This document shows positions 14,304 to 29,760 of a stretch of DNA of 64,000 nucleotides, piece after piece (the first letter of the stretch is position 1; every line of letters starts with the position of its first letter). This stretch comes from the human T2T-CHM13v2.0 reference genome, Homo sapiens. The notes below the pieces were generated by a model that saw nothing but the letters and a program-made list of their open reading frames with translations, was not told where the DNA came from and did no database searches. Position numbers and translations under genes: made by a program. The stretch is taken from the NCBI RefSeq assembly GCF_009914755.1, contig NC_060927.1; one strand, written 5' to 3'.

Positions 14304-14972
14304 CAGGGGGTCAATAAATGTTATCCATTAAGGAACAGATAGTAAACATTTTACTATCTGTTTTGGCTTTGTGGGTCATTGGGCCTCTGTCACAACTAGT
14401 CAACTCTGTGAAAGAAACTATAAACAAATCGTAAATGATGGGTGCAGTTGTGTTCCTAATTAAACTTTACTGAATGGATGCTGAAATTTGAATTTCATAT
14501 AATTTTCACATGTCACAAAAATCTCATCCTTTTATCTCTTTCCAATCATTTTCAAATGTAAAAGCCATTTTGTTATAGACTGAATGTGTCCTCCCAAAAT
14601 TCATATGTTGAATCCTTAACTCCCAATGTAACTGTATTGGGAGACAGGGCTTTTAGGAGTTAATTAAGATTAAATTAGGTCATAGGGTGTAGTGCTAATT
14701 TGATAGTATTGGTGGATTTGTAAGAAGAAAGAGAGAGATTCCTTTCTGTAAGCTAGGAAGAAAGACCTCACTAGGACCCAATCAGCTAGCAGCTTGATCT
14801 TCTCACCTCCAGAACTGTAAGAACATAATCATCTGTTGTTTAAGCCACCCAGTCTATGGTACTTTGTTATGGCAGTTAGCATGAGTGGACTAAGACATTC
14901 TTTGCTTGCAGACCATACAGAACAGGTGGTAGGCTGAATTTGGCCTGTGGGCTTTAGTTTCCCAAGCCCTTG
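14304..14972. mobile_element. MER58 (hAT-Charlie) interrupted by MLT1A
   Basis: caggggg...cagatagtaaacatttt...tgaaatttgaatttcatataatttt...tttggcctgtgggc...cccttg. Confidence 0.8.
14571..14897 (+). mobile_element. MLT1A-type MaLR LTR
   Basis: tgttatagactgaatgtgtcc...aattcatatgttgaa...tttaagccacccagtctatggtactttgttatggca...ctaagaca. Confidence 0.8.
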
Positions 14973-15535
14973 TCTAGGTGCCAGTATTCTATTTGCTATT
15001 CCTCATAATCTTAGTAATAATATATATATTTTTTTCATTTTACAGTGAGAAAGGTAGAACTTAACTAATACTGTAAATTTAGTCAATGTTGAGCCACATC
15101 TGAGAGAGAGAAACTGGGTCTTTTTTCTCCTGAAAACTGTGAGTTTTTAGGTCAGAACACAGTGGATACCTTTAAGAATAAATTATGCAGCCAGTTAAAT
15201 TGTTACATATCGGTTAAAAGATAGTATGAACTAAAAGTCCTTACTAATAATGTCTAAATCTCCATTCTCTTCCATTCTTTGCTTTCCAGGTAGCATTCTG
15301 ATGTGTTTAGTTGTTTCCCAGAAGCATAGAAAGAAAAGCTCTTTTAAATCAAGAGTTTTTCTATATTTCTTCTTGGCAAACTTGGCCATGGTAGAATGAC
15401 TTGCTAAAAAGATAGCCCAGGCATGCTGCTGGGTTTGAATTCTCTGTAGAAATGACTGCTTATTTTTAATTATTTCAGCCCATTTGTAATGTGTATGAGT
15501 GTGCATTGTTTACATATGGAGAACTTAATCCTTCA

Positions 15536-16276
15536 GAGGTAGTAGTTTTAACAGTGGGAGTAGGAACGGGAATTAGTGGACCTGCAACTTCCCTATCCTA
15601 TTACCAATACTTGTTCAAGGATTTTATGGAAACCTTGGAAGACATTGCCCAAGTATCATCAACATACAAAATCGGATTATTTGGCAGCAGTTGCTTTACA
15701 CAATAGAAGGGGACTGGATCTCCTACTAATGAAAAAAGTGGCTTATATCTTTTTCTAGAAACATTAAAATGCTCTTTTTTTTTGTTTGTTTTTTTGGTTT
15801 TTTTTTTTTTGTCAACCAATCCAGATTAGTAAGGAATGCCACCCAGAAATTAGATGTCTGGGCCTCCAAAATACAACAACAGCTGTCTGAGCCATGGGGC
15901 TCCTGGAGAAGGGCACTAATTTGGGTTTCATGGCTCCTTCCCTTGGCTGGCCCATTATTAATGATTATACTTGCCTTGGTTTTTGGACTGTTTGTTAAGT
16001 CTTACCCAAATTCATTTCCTCTTACCTAGAGACCATCAAGCTTCAGATGATTATGTGACATGGTTTCTAGCCAGTTCCAGGTGAAGACACCACCCCAGGC
16101 CATCAAGAAGCTACCCTGTCACCACTGGACAGAGCAAGGAGAGAGTTCCGTGAGCCCCAGTGGGTAGGGACTGCACCCCAAATTCAAGTCAGCATAAAGC
16201 AGTTACAGAAAAAAAGACCATCAGTCCCTATGCCTCCCATAAAGATATATGAGAATCTTGTCTCTCAGGGGGGACA
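15536..16276 (+). pseudogene. env: Decayed gammaretroviral env TM region plus polypurine tract (MER51/MER4-group internal remnant)
   Basis: Peptides GVGTGISGPATSLSYYQ (fusion peptide end), LAAVALHNRRGLDLL (immunosuppressive domain) and WLLPLAGPLLMIILALVFG (membrane anchor) lie in different frames; PPT agggggga precedes the LTR. Confidence 0.85.
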
Positions 16277-17103
16277 TGAGGCAGGACAAGAATGTCTGGA
16301 GGCAGGAAGCCTAAGGCCAATTCCCACTGACTTCCTGGAGCTCAATCCAAAGGAAAACCCCACTGGATTAGTCCATTTTCATGCTGCTGATAAAGACATA
16401 CCTGAGACTGGGCAATTTACAAAAGAAAGCGATTTAATGGACATACAGTTCCACGTGGCTGGGAAGGCCTCACAATCATGGTGGAAGGTGAAAGGCATTT
16501 CTCACATAGTGGCAGACAAGAGAAGAGAGCTTGTGCAGCGAAACTCCTGCTTTTAAAACCATCAGATCTTGTGAGACTCGTTCACTATCATGAGAACAGC
16601 ACAGGAGGGAACCACCTCCATAATTCAATCACCTTCCACCAGGATCCTCCTATGATGCATGGGAATTACAGGAGTTGCAATTCAAGTTGAGATTTGGGTG
16701 GGGACACAGCTAAACCACACCATCAATCTCTCCATAACAAAAGGATCAGAAACTACTCCTTTTATACTGCGTTGCAGATGAAAAATGGAAAGTACCTCTG
16801 AATGGTTCCCTCCCACAATCAGTCAGACTAGTCACAGGCCAAGTCTTCTTTTACATTGGGTGTAACCAAGTAACCAAAGGGAAACTTTTAGAGGGTATTG
16901 AAACCCCAGAAAATGTTTCAAGGGGTGCTCTTTGCCACTTGCTCAATCCTGCTCCCACTCTGTTGCAGTGTAATTTCATTTCAATAAATTTGTGCTTTCA
17001 TTGCTTTTTTCTTTCATTGCTTTGTTTGTTCATTTTGTCAAACTCTTTGTTCAAAACGCCAAGAACATGGATGACTCATCGTCAAGACCCTCCACCGGTT
17101 AAC
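16277..17103 (+). mobile_element. MER51-type ERV1 3' LTR (interrupted by THE1)
   Basis: Starts tgaggcagga...tctggaggcagg..cctaaggcc; AATAAA near 16983; ends gaccctccaccggttaac. Confidence 0.75.
16364..16724 (-). mobile_element. THE1 (THE1A-like) solo LTR nested in the MER51 LTR
   Basis: tggattagtccattttcatgctgctgataaagacatacctgagactggg...gagatttgggtggggacacagctaaacca, about 360 bp. Confidence 0.9.
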
Positions 17104-17892
17104 TGTCTTAGTCATAACCTTCATGATTCCTTCAATGCTGAAATCTTCCAATACAACTCAATTAAGAATCCATCTCACATGATGCTCAGGAAAAGCACTA
17201 AACAAAACCCATACTCTTTACTGTGGAGCCCATCACCAATATCATGACAAAGAAAACAATTGTTTCTAATATTCCTTTGTCCACAGTGTATCAGGAAAGG
17301 ATAATAGACATGAGCCAAGCTTTCTCACTTACTACTCCAGAGCCAACACCAAGTAACCACTGTTTGGAAGAAAAAAGTAGAATTATTTTTGAAGTTTTCT
17401 GTTTTATCATGAATCAAACCAGCTGGCCTGTTTATTTCTCATAGATAATCCAAAGAAATCAACAACCCACTTCAGCAGTGTCAGCTGTGCTTTTTTAACA
17501 GTTATAGAGGGTGGAGTTTCCCTTTTATCCCTTCTCCCTGAACACTGAACACCTCTGCTTCTCATGAAAGGGGAGAACTTTTGCTAATTGCCAAGTTGCC
17601 TGGATTAGCCAGTCCCCAAAAGGAGTCAATAGTTTTGCAACAAATGATTGTATTTCTTTTTTAAAAATATTCCTTTTTTTTAAAAATTATTATTATACTT
17701 TAAGTTTTAGGGAACATGTGCACATTGTGCAGGTTAGTTACATATGTATACATGTACCATGCTGGTGTGCTGCACCCACTAACTCGTCATCTAGCATTAG
17801 GTATATCTCCCAATGCTATCTCTCCCCCTGCCACCCCACAACAGTCCCCAGAGTGTGATGTTCCCCTTCCTGTGTCCATGTGATCTCATTGT

Positions 17893-21735
<3,843 letters not shown>

Positions 21736-21783
21736 TTATTTTGCTCATTAGTTGATGCAGTTTCTTTCTAGTCTCGATGGTCT

Positions 21784-22800
21784 TTACATTTTGGCATGAT
21801 TTTGCAGCGGCTGGTACCGGTTTTTCCTTTTCATGTTTAGCACTTCCTTCAGGAGCTCTTTTAGGCCAGGCCTGGTGGTGACAAAATCTCTCAGCATTTG
21901 CTTGTCTGTAAAGTATTTTATTTCTCCTTCACTTATGAAGCTTAGTTTGGCTGGATATGAAATTCTGGGTTGAAAATTCTTTTCTTTAAGAATGTTGAAT
22001 ATTGGCCCCCACTCTCTTCTGGCTTGTAGGGTTTCAACCGAGAGATCTGCTGTTAGTCTAATGGGCTTCCCTTTGAGGGTAACCCGACCTTTCTCTCTGG
22101 CTGCCCTTAACATTTTTTCCTTCATTTCAACTTTGGTGAATCTGACAATTATGTGTCTTGGAGTTGCTCTTCTCGAGGAGTACCTTTGTGGCATTCTCTG
22201 TATTTCCTGAATCTGAACGTTGGCCTGCCCTGCTAGATTGGTGAAATTCTCCTGGATAATATCCTGCAGAGTGTTTTCCAACTTGGTTCCATTCTCCCCA
22301 TCACTTTCAGGTACACCAATCAGACGTAGATTTGGTCTTTTCACATAGTCCCATATTTCTTGGAGGCTTTACTCATTTCTTTTTACTCTTTTTTCTCTAA
22401 ACTTTCCTTCTCACTTCATTTCATTCATTTCATCTTCTATTGCTGATACCCTTTCTTCCAGTTGATCGCATCAGCTCCTGAGGCTTCTGCATTCTTCATG
22501 TAGTTCTCTAGCCTTGGTTTTCAGCTCCATCAGCTCCTTTAAGCACTTCTCTGTATTGGTTATTCTAGTTATACATTCTTCTAAATTTTTTTCAAAGTTT
22601 TCAACTTCTTTGCCTTTGGTTTGAATGTCCTCCCATAGCTCAGAGTAATTTGATCGTCTGAAGCCTTCTTCTCTCAGCTCGTCAAAGTCATTCTCCATGC
22701 AGCTTTGTTCCATTGCTGGTGAGCAGCTGCATTCCTTTGGAGGAGGAGAGGTGCTCTGCGTTTTAGAGTTTCCAGTTTTTCTGTTCTGTTTTTTCCCCAT
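21784..22800 (-). pseudogene. ORF1: L1 ORF1 (RNA-binding chaperone), inactivated by two CGA>TGA stops
   Basis: MGKKQNRKTGNSKTQS...YQPLQNHAKM; 1017 nt; stops at 22471-22473 and 22411-22413. Confidence 0.97.
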
Positions 22801-23706
22801 CTTTGTGGTTTTATCTACTTTTGGTCTTTGATGATGGTGATGTACAGATGGGTTTTTGGTGTGGATGTCCTTTCTGTTTGTTAGTTTTCCTTCTAACAGC
22901 CAGGACCCTCAGCTGCAGGTCTGTTGGAATACCCCGCCTTGTGAGGTGTCAGTGTGCCCCTGCTGGAGGGTGCCTCCCAGTTAGGCTGCTCGGAGGTCAG
23001 GGGTCAGGGACCCACTTGAGGAGGCAGTCTGCCGGTTCTCAGATCTCCAGCTGCGTGCTGGGAGAACCACTGCTCTCTTCAAAGCTGTCAGACAGGGACA
23101 TTTAAGTCTGCAGAGGTTACTGCTGTCTTTTTGTTTTTCTGTGCCCTGACCCCAGAGGTGGAGCCTACAGTGGCAGGCAGGCCTCCTTGAGCTGTGGTGG
23201 GCTCCACCCAGTTCGAGCTTCCCAGCTGCTTTGTTTACCTAAGCAAGCCTGGGCAATGGCGGGCGCCCCTCCCCCAGCCTTGCTGCCACCTTGCAGTTTG
23301 ATCTCAGACTGCTGGGCTTGCAGTGAGCGAGATTCCGTGGGCGTAGGACCCTCCGAGCCAGGTGTGGGATATAGTCTCGTGGTGCGCCGTTTTTTAAGCC
23401 GGTCTGAAAAGCGCAATATTCGGGTGGGAGTGATCTGATTTTCCAGGTGCATCCGTCACCCCTTTCTTTGACTCGGAAAGGGAACTCCCTGACCCCTTGC
23501 GCTTCCCAGGTGAGGCAATGCCTCGCCCTGCTTCGACTTGCGCATGGTGCGCGCACCCACTGACCTGCGCCCACTGTCTGGCACTCCCTAGTGAGATGAA
23601 CCCAGTACCTCAGGAAGAAATGCAGAAATCACCCTTCTTCTGTGTCGCTCAGGCTGGGAGCTGTAGACCAGAGCTGTTCCTATTTGGCCATCTTGGCTCC
23701 TCCCCC
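22801..23706 (-). promoter_or_regulatory. L1 5'UTR bidirectional promoter (YY1 site retained)
   Basis: CAAGATGGCC YY1 motif near the 5' end; CpG-rich; short-form UTR. Confidence 0.85.
23256..23438 (+). pseudogene. ORF0: L1 antisense ORF0, truncated at 60 aa
   Basis: MAGAPPPALLPPCSLISDC...RSEKRNIRVGVI* matches ORF0 but has a premature TGA. Confidence 0.85.
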
Positions 23707-24464
23707 TAAAAAATATTCTTAAAATGCTTCATAAAGAATAATCGGATAGCCTCTTAAGAGTAGAACTCTATCTGTGGGTTCACGTCATTCTTGACTCAAA
23801 GAAGTAAATGGAAAAGCTGCTTTCAATAAGACACTTGAAATTTATTTACACTAAAGCTTCTCAGATTTATATTAAGTCAGGGTTTGAGTGATAGAAGGTG
23901 GTTTTCAATGTAAAGTGATTGAAAAATTGGTCAGAACTTGTAAATCATTTCATAGCAACATATCTGTGTTGTTAGGCAGAATGTTTGTCCAGGTTTGTGT
24001 AATGAGACTGCTTTTCCCGTAGCAAGTCTAACAATGTGTTGGAAAGGCCCAGAAAAGGAAAAGATTATTCTCAACCTGCCATAAGACTTTTATTTCCAAT
24101 AGGAGTTTAATAAACACTGGAAGCAGAAAAATCACTCACTAGCAGCTCAAGGATATCTACAGTGTCTGCCCTGATATTTGTACTCATAGCTGAATAACAG
24201 CTGGTAATGAAGTGGCAAGAAATGATGGCTAATGAGTTATAATATCAATGCCCAGTAATGCAAAGTTAAGCATAAGCTATGGTGCAATGAGGTCAGGAAA
24301 CACAGGTAGAGAATGGGGCCAAAATGGATGGATTTCCTAGATAGAGTGTTAATGAAAGTAAAATAATAAATACATAAAAACAAGATATAGTTGAGTGTGT
24401 ATGATAGAATCCCCCTTATATATAAATAATACACACAATATTTTGTTTCTATTTTATGCTAACA

Positions 24465-25691
24465 CAGTCATGCATCACACAATTACATTTCATTCAATGA
24501 TGAACCACATATACAATGCTTGTCCCACAAGATTATAATGGAACTGAAAAATGTCTATTGCCAAGTGACACTGTAGCTGTTGCAATGTCTTAGTGCAGTG
24601 CATTAATCATGTCTTTGTGGTGATACTGCTGTAAACAAATCCACTGCACTGCCAATCCTGTAAAAGTATACTGCATACAATTATGTACAGTACATAATAC
24701 TTGATAATAATAATGATACTATGTTTCTGGTTTATGTATTTACTATATCTTAAATACTATTGCATTTAGATTAATAGAGTTATTTTAGAATGTTTTCTCT
24801 CCATTTATTTAAAAAAAAAGTTAAATGAAAAACAACCCTAGGCAGATCCTTCAGGAGGTATTCCAAAGGAAGACATTGTTACCACAGATGACAACTCCAT
24901 AGGTGTTATTGACCTTAAAGACCTTCCAATGGGACCAGATGTGGCGGTGGAAGATGGTGATATTAACCATCTTGATTCTGTGTAGACCTAGGCTAATATG
25001 TGTCTTTATGTCTTGATTTATAACAAAAATGTTTAAAAAGTAAAAAAAAAAGTTTATGTAGGAGAAAGATTATAGAATAAGCATACAAAGAAAGAAAATA
25101 TTTTTGTGCAGCTCCACAATGTGTTTGGGTCTTTAGCTAAATGCTATTACAAAACCATCTAAAAGTTTAAAAAAATTTAAAGTTCAGAGATAAAAAAGTT
25201 ACAATAAGCTAAGATTAATTTATTATTTAAAAAAGACAATTAAAAATAAATTCAGTGTAGCCTAAGTGTACAGTATCTAGAAAGGCTATAATAGCGTATG
25301 ATAATGTCCTCCACCTCACATTCACTCCCTACTCACTGACTCACCCAGAGCAACTTATAGTACTGCAAGCTCCATTTGTAGTAAGTTCCCTATACAAGTG
25401 TGCTATATTTTAACTTTATATCATATTTTTACTGTACCTTTTCTATGTTAGATATGTTTAAAAACACAAATATTTACTATTATTTTGCAATTGCCTATAG
25501 TATTCAGTACAGTCACATGCTGTACAGGTTTGTTGCCTAGGAGCAATAGATTCTGCCGTATAGCCTAGGTGTGTAGTAGGCTATCCCACCTAGGTTTGTG
25601 TAAGTACACTCTATTATGTTCACATAATAATGAAATTGTCTAATGATGAGTTTCTCAGAATGTATCCTCATTGTTAAGTAACATATGACTG
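24465..25691. mobile_element. Tigger3b-like (Golem) DNA transposon
   Basis: TIRs cagtcatgcatcac...gtaacatatgactg followed by TA; about 1.2 kb. Confidence 0.85.
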
Positions 25692-28600
25692 TATATGTAA
25701 ATGAATTTATGTATATTTAATTATATGATATAATTATATATTTAATAAATATCTGTTCCATAATATAATTAATAAAATTAACATATTTAATTATATAAAA
25801 TGCATATTTACAATTTAATTATATGAATACTGTAGACTAGTTTTTATATATAGTATACATTGCAGTTTATTGTTATTTTTTGGATTTTTATTTTTCAGTT
25901 GATACATAATAATTGCACATACTTATTGGAAGCTGGTTTTTCTTTAGGAATGGGAATGGAGGAGTGTCTGTGTGAGTCTATAGGGGCTCTGCTTTGGGCA
26001 AGCAAGTTAGGATGGGATGGAGTGGAAAGAGTTGGAGGATTTTACTATTTTTATTTCATAGGTTTATGTATAATTTGATTTTTACCTCAAACATGGATTA
26101 ATTTTGTAATAAAAATCACTCAAAATATTTAAAAATACAAAAAAATAGTCACTGCTGATACGCAGTTCTTAACGTAATTACTAGGAGAAAGGGAAGCACC
26201 ACCTAAATCTAGGTAATCTTGGAGCATCAGCAGGAGACATTGAGAAGCACCATTTGTCCACATTCACACCAGTCTCAGAGAAATGCTCTCCATGCCCAGA
26301 AAACCACTGTTTCTAAACGATGGTTTGAGAAATGTGTTAAATAATCATTATGTACTTTTTAACCTGTATAAACATCTTGAAAATTATCTCCCTTTTCTAA
26401 CTGTACATTTCAAATGCTCTTGGATATATTGAGTTCTAAAAATGAAACTTAAATTCCTAACGTGTGAGAAAAAATGTTCAATGTGTTGGGAAAATGTTCA
26501 AGTTTGAATTAAGTAAAATTCCTGAGGTGTTTATTTTTATTGTTTTTATTTGCTGGATAATTGTCTTTTCCATTTTTATGCATGTGGGTATATAAGGATA
26601 AAAATGCATTCAAACTGTTAAATTTAAAATTAAATATTAATGACTTCAACAAAGGTAATGGCAAACTCTAGTGAAAAACATCCTTTGTGATTGTAGATTA
26701 GAGTGCCTTAAATTGACTATAAATTCTAAATCATAATCTCCCATTCCTATGGCTATAATCGGTATAGAGAATATTAAAGGGTCTCCCAGTGATTGTTGTT
26801 AAATTATTGAATCATAGTTTTTCTCAGCTTAATAATTAAAAATATTTCAAATTCAAACTTAGTTTTGTAGATACTAAGTATTAAACCATTTGGTGATAAC
26901 TAGACCTTGCTTAGCTACATTAAAAAAATTGACTTAGTCATTTTAGTTATGACGGTGAGGTGTAATTTATCAAAAGCACAATGAGAGGTTATCAAACTCT
27001 CATTTCAGTAAAAGATAGAGGAACATTACCCTCAAGAGATAAATCTTTCATTAAACTTTACAAAGACCTTAAGCAGTCTCTGCCCCATTTATCATTTCTA
27101 GTCTTTCAGAATGTACCAGCTGCCTGTGTTTAGACTGCAGCACAGGGCAGACAGCCAAAAGGGGGTTGATAGCTGGTGAACAGATGAAACTTCTGTTCCA
27201 TATTTTACATGTTCATTCACCTTAGAAAATTATTTTAAAACCAGCCATGTTTTGGGCTAAATTTTGGTATTGTACAAAACTATAGAGTACATGTTAGTAT
27301 TATTTTTTGAAATACGGTGAAAATTTCTTTATCATCAAAATATATTTTTTAGAAAAAATAAAATACAATTTCTCCTACATTTTCATAAAGTAATTATCTT
27401 GCTTGATGTTAGCATTCTGACTCATGTAAAATGTTATTTTCTTAAGAGTACTCTTAAGGACAATAATTATGTGATCATCTCAACATATGCACAAAAGGTG
27501 TTTGAAAAAAATTCAAGATGCTTTTATGATAAAACTTTCAAAATATTATGTATAGAAGGAATTTACCTCAACATAATAAATGATATACATGAAATGCCCA
27601 CAGCTAGCATCGTACTTGATAGTGAAAATCTTTCAGCTTTTCTCCTAAGATCAAGAACAGGACAAGGGTACCCACTTTTACCATTTCTATTCAACATTAT
27701 ACTGGACCTTCAAGCCAGAGCAATTAGATAAGAAAAAGAAACAAAAGACATTCAGATTGGAAAGGAAGAAGTAAAACAGTCTTTTTTTATAGATAACACT
27801 ATCTTATACACAGAATACCTTAAAGACTCTACCAAAAGCTGTTGCCTAATAAATGAATTCAGTAGAGTTGCAGGATGCAAAATCAACATATAAAAATCAG
27901 TGGGAATTTTATACTACAACAATGAACTATGTAACAAAGAATTAAGAAAACAATCCCATTTATGTTAGCATCAGAAATAACAAAATATTTAGGAATAAAT
28001 TTAACCAAGGAGATGAGCGATCTCTGTACTGAAAACTAGAAAATACTGATGAAAAAAATTGAAGACACAAACAAATGAAAAGATATCCTGTACTCATGGA
28101 TTGGGAGGCTTAATATTGGTGCAATGTTTGTACTTCCCAAAATAATTCAAAATTTAAGGCAATCCCTATGAAAATCTCAATGACTTTTTTACAGAAAAAA
28201 CAATTTTGAAATTAATATGGAATCGCAAAAGACCATAAATAGCCAAACCGATCATGAGAAAGCACAAAAATGAAGGCATCACAGTTCCTGATTTTAAAGT
28301 ATATTTCAAAGCTACAGTAATCAAAACTCTGTAACACTGGCATAAAGACAATATAGACCAATGGGATAGAGTTCAGAGCCCCAAAATAAATCTACATATC
28401 TATGGTTCACCAATTTAAAAAAATGTGCCACGAATACACAATGAGGAAAAGACAGTCTTTTCAATATATCATTCTGGAAAAACTAAGTATCTATATGGAG
28501 AAGAATTAAATCAAACCCTTATTTTACACCAAAATATATAAGAAACTCATACAACTAAATAGCGAAAACACAAATATACAATTAAAAAATGGACAAAAGA

Positions 28601-29099
28601 CCTGAAGAGGCATTTTTTTCAAAGAAGACATACAAATGGCCAATTTGTGTATGAAAAGATGTTTAACATCATAGTCAGCAGAAAAATGCAAGTCAAAACC
28701 ACAATGAGATATCATATCACAACTGTTAGCAATTATAAAATTATAATTTTATAAAAGATTATTTAAAAAGGCAAAAGATAACAAGCCTTGGCAAGGATGT
28801 AGAGAAAGGGAACCCTTATACACAGTTGGTGGGAATGTAAATTGGTACAAGCATCATGGGAAAAAATATGGAGTTTTATCGAAAAAAATAAGAATTAAAC
28901 TACCATATGACCCAGCAATACCACTTCTGGCTATATATCCAAAGAAAATAAAATCGCTATCTCAAAGAGATAGTTTCATTCTCATGTTGATTGCAACATT
29001 ATTCACAATAGCCAAGATATGATAATAAGCTAAGCGTCTGTCAACAGATGGCACACACACAAAATGGAATATTATTTAGTCTTAAAAAAAGAAAAAAAC

Positions 29100-29379
29100 G
29101 GCGCACCGTGCGCGAGCCGAAGCAGGGCGAGGCATTGCCTCACCTGGGAAGCGCAAGGGGTCAGGGAGTTCCCTTTCCGAGTCAAAGAAAGGGGTGACGG
29201 ACGCACCTGGAAAATCGGGTCACTCCCACCCGAATATTGCGCTTTTCAGACCGGCTTAAAAAACAGCTGCTGAATAAACTATTTATTGTTTCTTACTCCT
29301 TTGATTTGTATGTAATTAATTTTGGAGCTTATTTAATTTAATAAAGCGCCAAACATTTAATAATTAAAAAAAAAAAAAG
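29100..29379 (+). mobile_element. Young chimeric retro-insertion: 165-bp L1 5'UTR segment + 101-bp non-L1 tail + poly(A), with TSD
   Basis: Perfect 13-bp TSD AAAAGAAAAAAAC (29087-29099 and 29380-29392); CTT|AAAA endonuclease-type site; AATAAA at 29273 and 29340; poly(A) from 29366. Confidence 0.9.
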
Positions 29380-29703
29380 AAAAGAAAAAAACTTCTACTA
29401 TTTGTAACAACATGAATAAACCTGGAGGTCATTATGCTGGGTGAAATAAGCCAAACACAGAAAGAGAAATACTTTTTAATCTCCTCTGTGTGGAATCTAA
29501 AAAAAAAAGTTGAACTCACAGGAACAGAGAATAGAATGGTAGTTACCAAGGACTGTGGGGTAGGGGAAATGGGGAGATATTGGTAAAAGGGTACAAATTT
29601 TCAGTTATAAGGTAAATTCTGGAGACCTAAGTACAGCATGGGAACTACAGTTAATGCATTGAATACTTGAAATTTATGAAGAGAGATCTCAAGTGTTCCC
29701 ACT

Positions 29704-29713
29704 ACACACATAT

Positions 29714-29757
<44 letters not shown>
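29704..29757. repeat. (CA)n microsatellite
   Basis: About 20 uninterrupted CA units plus degenerate flank. Confidence 0.95.

Positions 29758-29760
<3 letters not shown>

Noticed and set aside
23165-23709. Several 70-111 aa ORFs in the L1 5'UTR
   Set aside because: Apart from ORF0, these are by-products of GC-rich UTR sequence.
29064-29273. 69-aa ORF fusing old L1M sequence to the L1 5'UTR insert
   Set aside because: Chance open frame through GC-rich UTR sequence; the same frame is open in the neighbouring L1 5'UTR; no evidence of a coding function.
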